DNA of 63,493 bases, the filler included, from Octopus bimaculoides (Eukaryota), in the NCBI RefSeq assembly GCF_001194135.2. It is 4 parts of 4 records of this genome, joined end to end, with 100 filler letters (N's around TTAATTAATTAA, not from the genome) between each part and the next. Parts side by side here need not be neighbours in the genome. Positions count along the whole stretch, not along the records: positions 56,227 to 63,493 come from NC_068983.1; 3 more parts are not named here. One strand, given 5' to 3'. Of the stretch, positions 61,831 through 63,493 are shown piece after piece (within the stretch, counting starts at the first letter, position 1; every line of letters starts with the position of its first letter). The notes under the pieces are model-generated. The model was given only the letters and a program-made list of their open reading frames with translations. It was not told the origin of the DNA and made no database searches. Both the position numbers and the translations under genes were made by a program.

Positions 61831-62724
61831 TGTGGATGGAGGTGATGAGAGTGGAGTGATGAATGCTAAATACATTTATATATTATATACGTGTAAATAT
61901 ATGTATATATATATATANNNNNNNNNNNNNNNNNNNNNNNNNNNNNNNNNNNNNNNNNNNNNNNNNNNNNNNNNNNNNNNNNNNNNNNNNNNNNNNNNNN
62001 NNNNNNNNNNNNNNNNNNNNNNNNNNNNNNNNNNNNNNNNNNNNNNNNNNNNNNNNNNNNNNNNNNNNNNNNNNNNNNNNNNNNNNNNNNNNNNNNNNNN
62101 NNNNNNNNNNNNNNNNNNNNNNNNNNNNNNNNNNNNNNNNNNNNNNNNNNNNNNNNNNNNNNNNNNNNNNNNNNNNNNNNNNNNNNNNNNNNNNNNNNNN
62201 NNNNNNNNNNNNNNNNNNNNNNNNNNNNNNNNNNNNNNNNNNNNNNNNNNNNNNNNNNNNNNNNNNNNNNNNNNNNNNNNNNNNNNNNNNNNNNNNNNNN
62301 NNNNNNNNNNNNNNNNNNNNNNNNNNNNNNNNNNNNNNNNNNNNNNNNNNNNNNNNNNNNNNNNNNNNNNNNNNNNNNNNNNNNNNNNNNNNNNNNNNNN
62401 NNNNNNNNNNNNNNNNNNNNNNNNNNNNNNNNNNNNNNNNNNNNNNNNNNNNNNNNNNNNNNNNNNNNNNNNNNNNNNNNNNNNNNNNNNNNNNNNNNNN
62501 NNNNNNNNNNNNNNNNNNNNNNNNNNNNNNNNNNNNNNNNNNNNNNNNNNNNNNNNNNNNNNNNNNNNNNNNNNNNNNNNNNNNNNNNNNNNNNNNNNNN
62601 NNNNNNNNNNNNNNNNNNNNNNNNNNNNNNNNNNNNNNNNNNNNNNNNNNNNNNNNNNNNNNNNNNNNNNNNNNNNNNNNNNNNNNNNNNNNNNNNNNNN
62701 NNNNNNNNNNNNNNNNNNNNNNNN

Positions 62725-62975
62725 NTATATATATATATATATACATACATATATATATATATATATACATACATACTTATATATATGTATATATATGTAT
62801 AAATATATCCATATTTATATCTATATATATTATATACGTGTAAATATATGTATATATATATTTACAGATACATACATATATTATATGTTATATATGTGTA
62901 TATATGTACGTACATATTATATATATGTATATATATATATCTATATTTATATCTATCTATCTATCTATCTATCTA

Positions 62976-63008
<33 letters not shown>

Positions 63009-63133
63009 ATGTATGTGTGTGTGTGTGTGTCTTTGTGCGTGTGTATACTGCAGAAACAATTAAGTACATTTACGTACGTACATATATACATATATGTGTT
63101 TATGTACATTCAAACATTCATATGTATACACAC

Positions 63134-63209
<76 letters not shown>

Positions 63210-63450
63210 CTCTGACTATATATATATATATATATAAATGCGGTAGGAACGATTAAGTACACACGCATGTTATATATATATCTATATATACATGTATATA
63301 TATTTATATATAGTTATATATGCGTAGAATACATATGCATATACATATACCTAGATACGTATGTATATACACATATGTATATATATGTATCCAGATCTAT
63401 ATATGTATGTGTATATGTATATCTATATGTATATGCATATATATATATAC

Positions 63451-63493
<43 letters not shown>
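62725..63493. repeat. (TA)n/(TATC)n/(TG)n low-complexity block
   Basis: Direct reading. Confidence 0.95.

Overview
Repeat-saturated, AT-rich animal genomic DNA from a gapped draft scaffold (about 14% N). The repeat content (tRNA-derived SINEs, Dong/R4, Penelope, RTE, CR1, mariner, dense microsatellites) points to a coleoid cephalopod, probably Octopus; this is inference. No prokaryotic features, CRISPR arrays, rRNA or true tRNA genes are present, and almost all long ORFs in the track come from N-runs or microsatellites. Reading splice signals on the minus strand reveals four short exons (56899-56671, 12898-12720, 6382-6292, 3158-2947). They have strong GT-AG sites and phases that chain 1-0-1-0 into one stop-free reading frame of about 228 aa from the first ATG. 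The product has a signal-peptide-like N-terminus and five N-glycosylation sequons and continues beyond the left edge of the window. Its family is uncertain; the best guess is a divergent IgGFc-binding-protein-like domain. Most of the rest of the window lies in this gene's introns, including one of about 43.8 kb. These introns hold a near full-length but disrupted Penelope-like element with a 3' minimal hammerhead ribozyme, further hammerhead-like motifs, many Dong/R4 fragments nested at (AAT)n tracts (two with target-site duplications), mariner/Tc1 relics and MITEs, CRE-, Tx1-, RTE- and CR1-type LINE fragments, and several SINE families. Family names come from motif recognition only; no database search was run.
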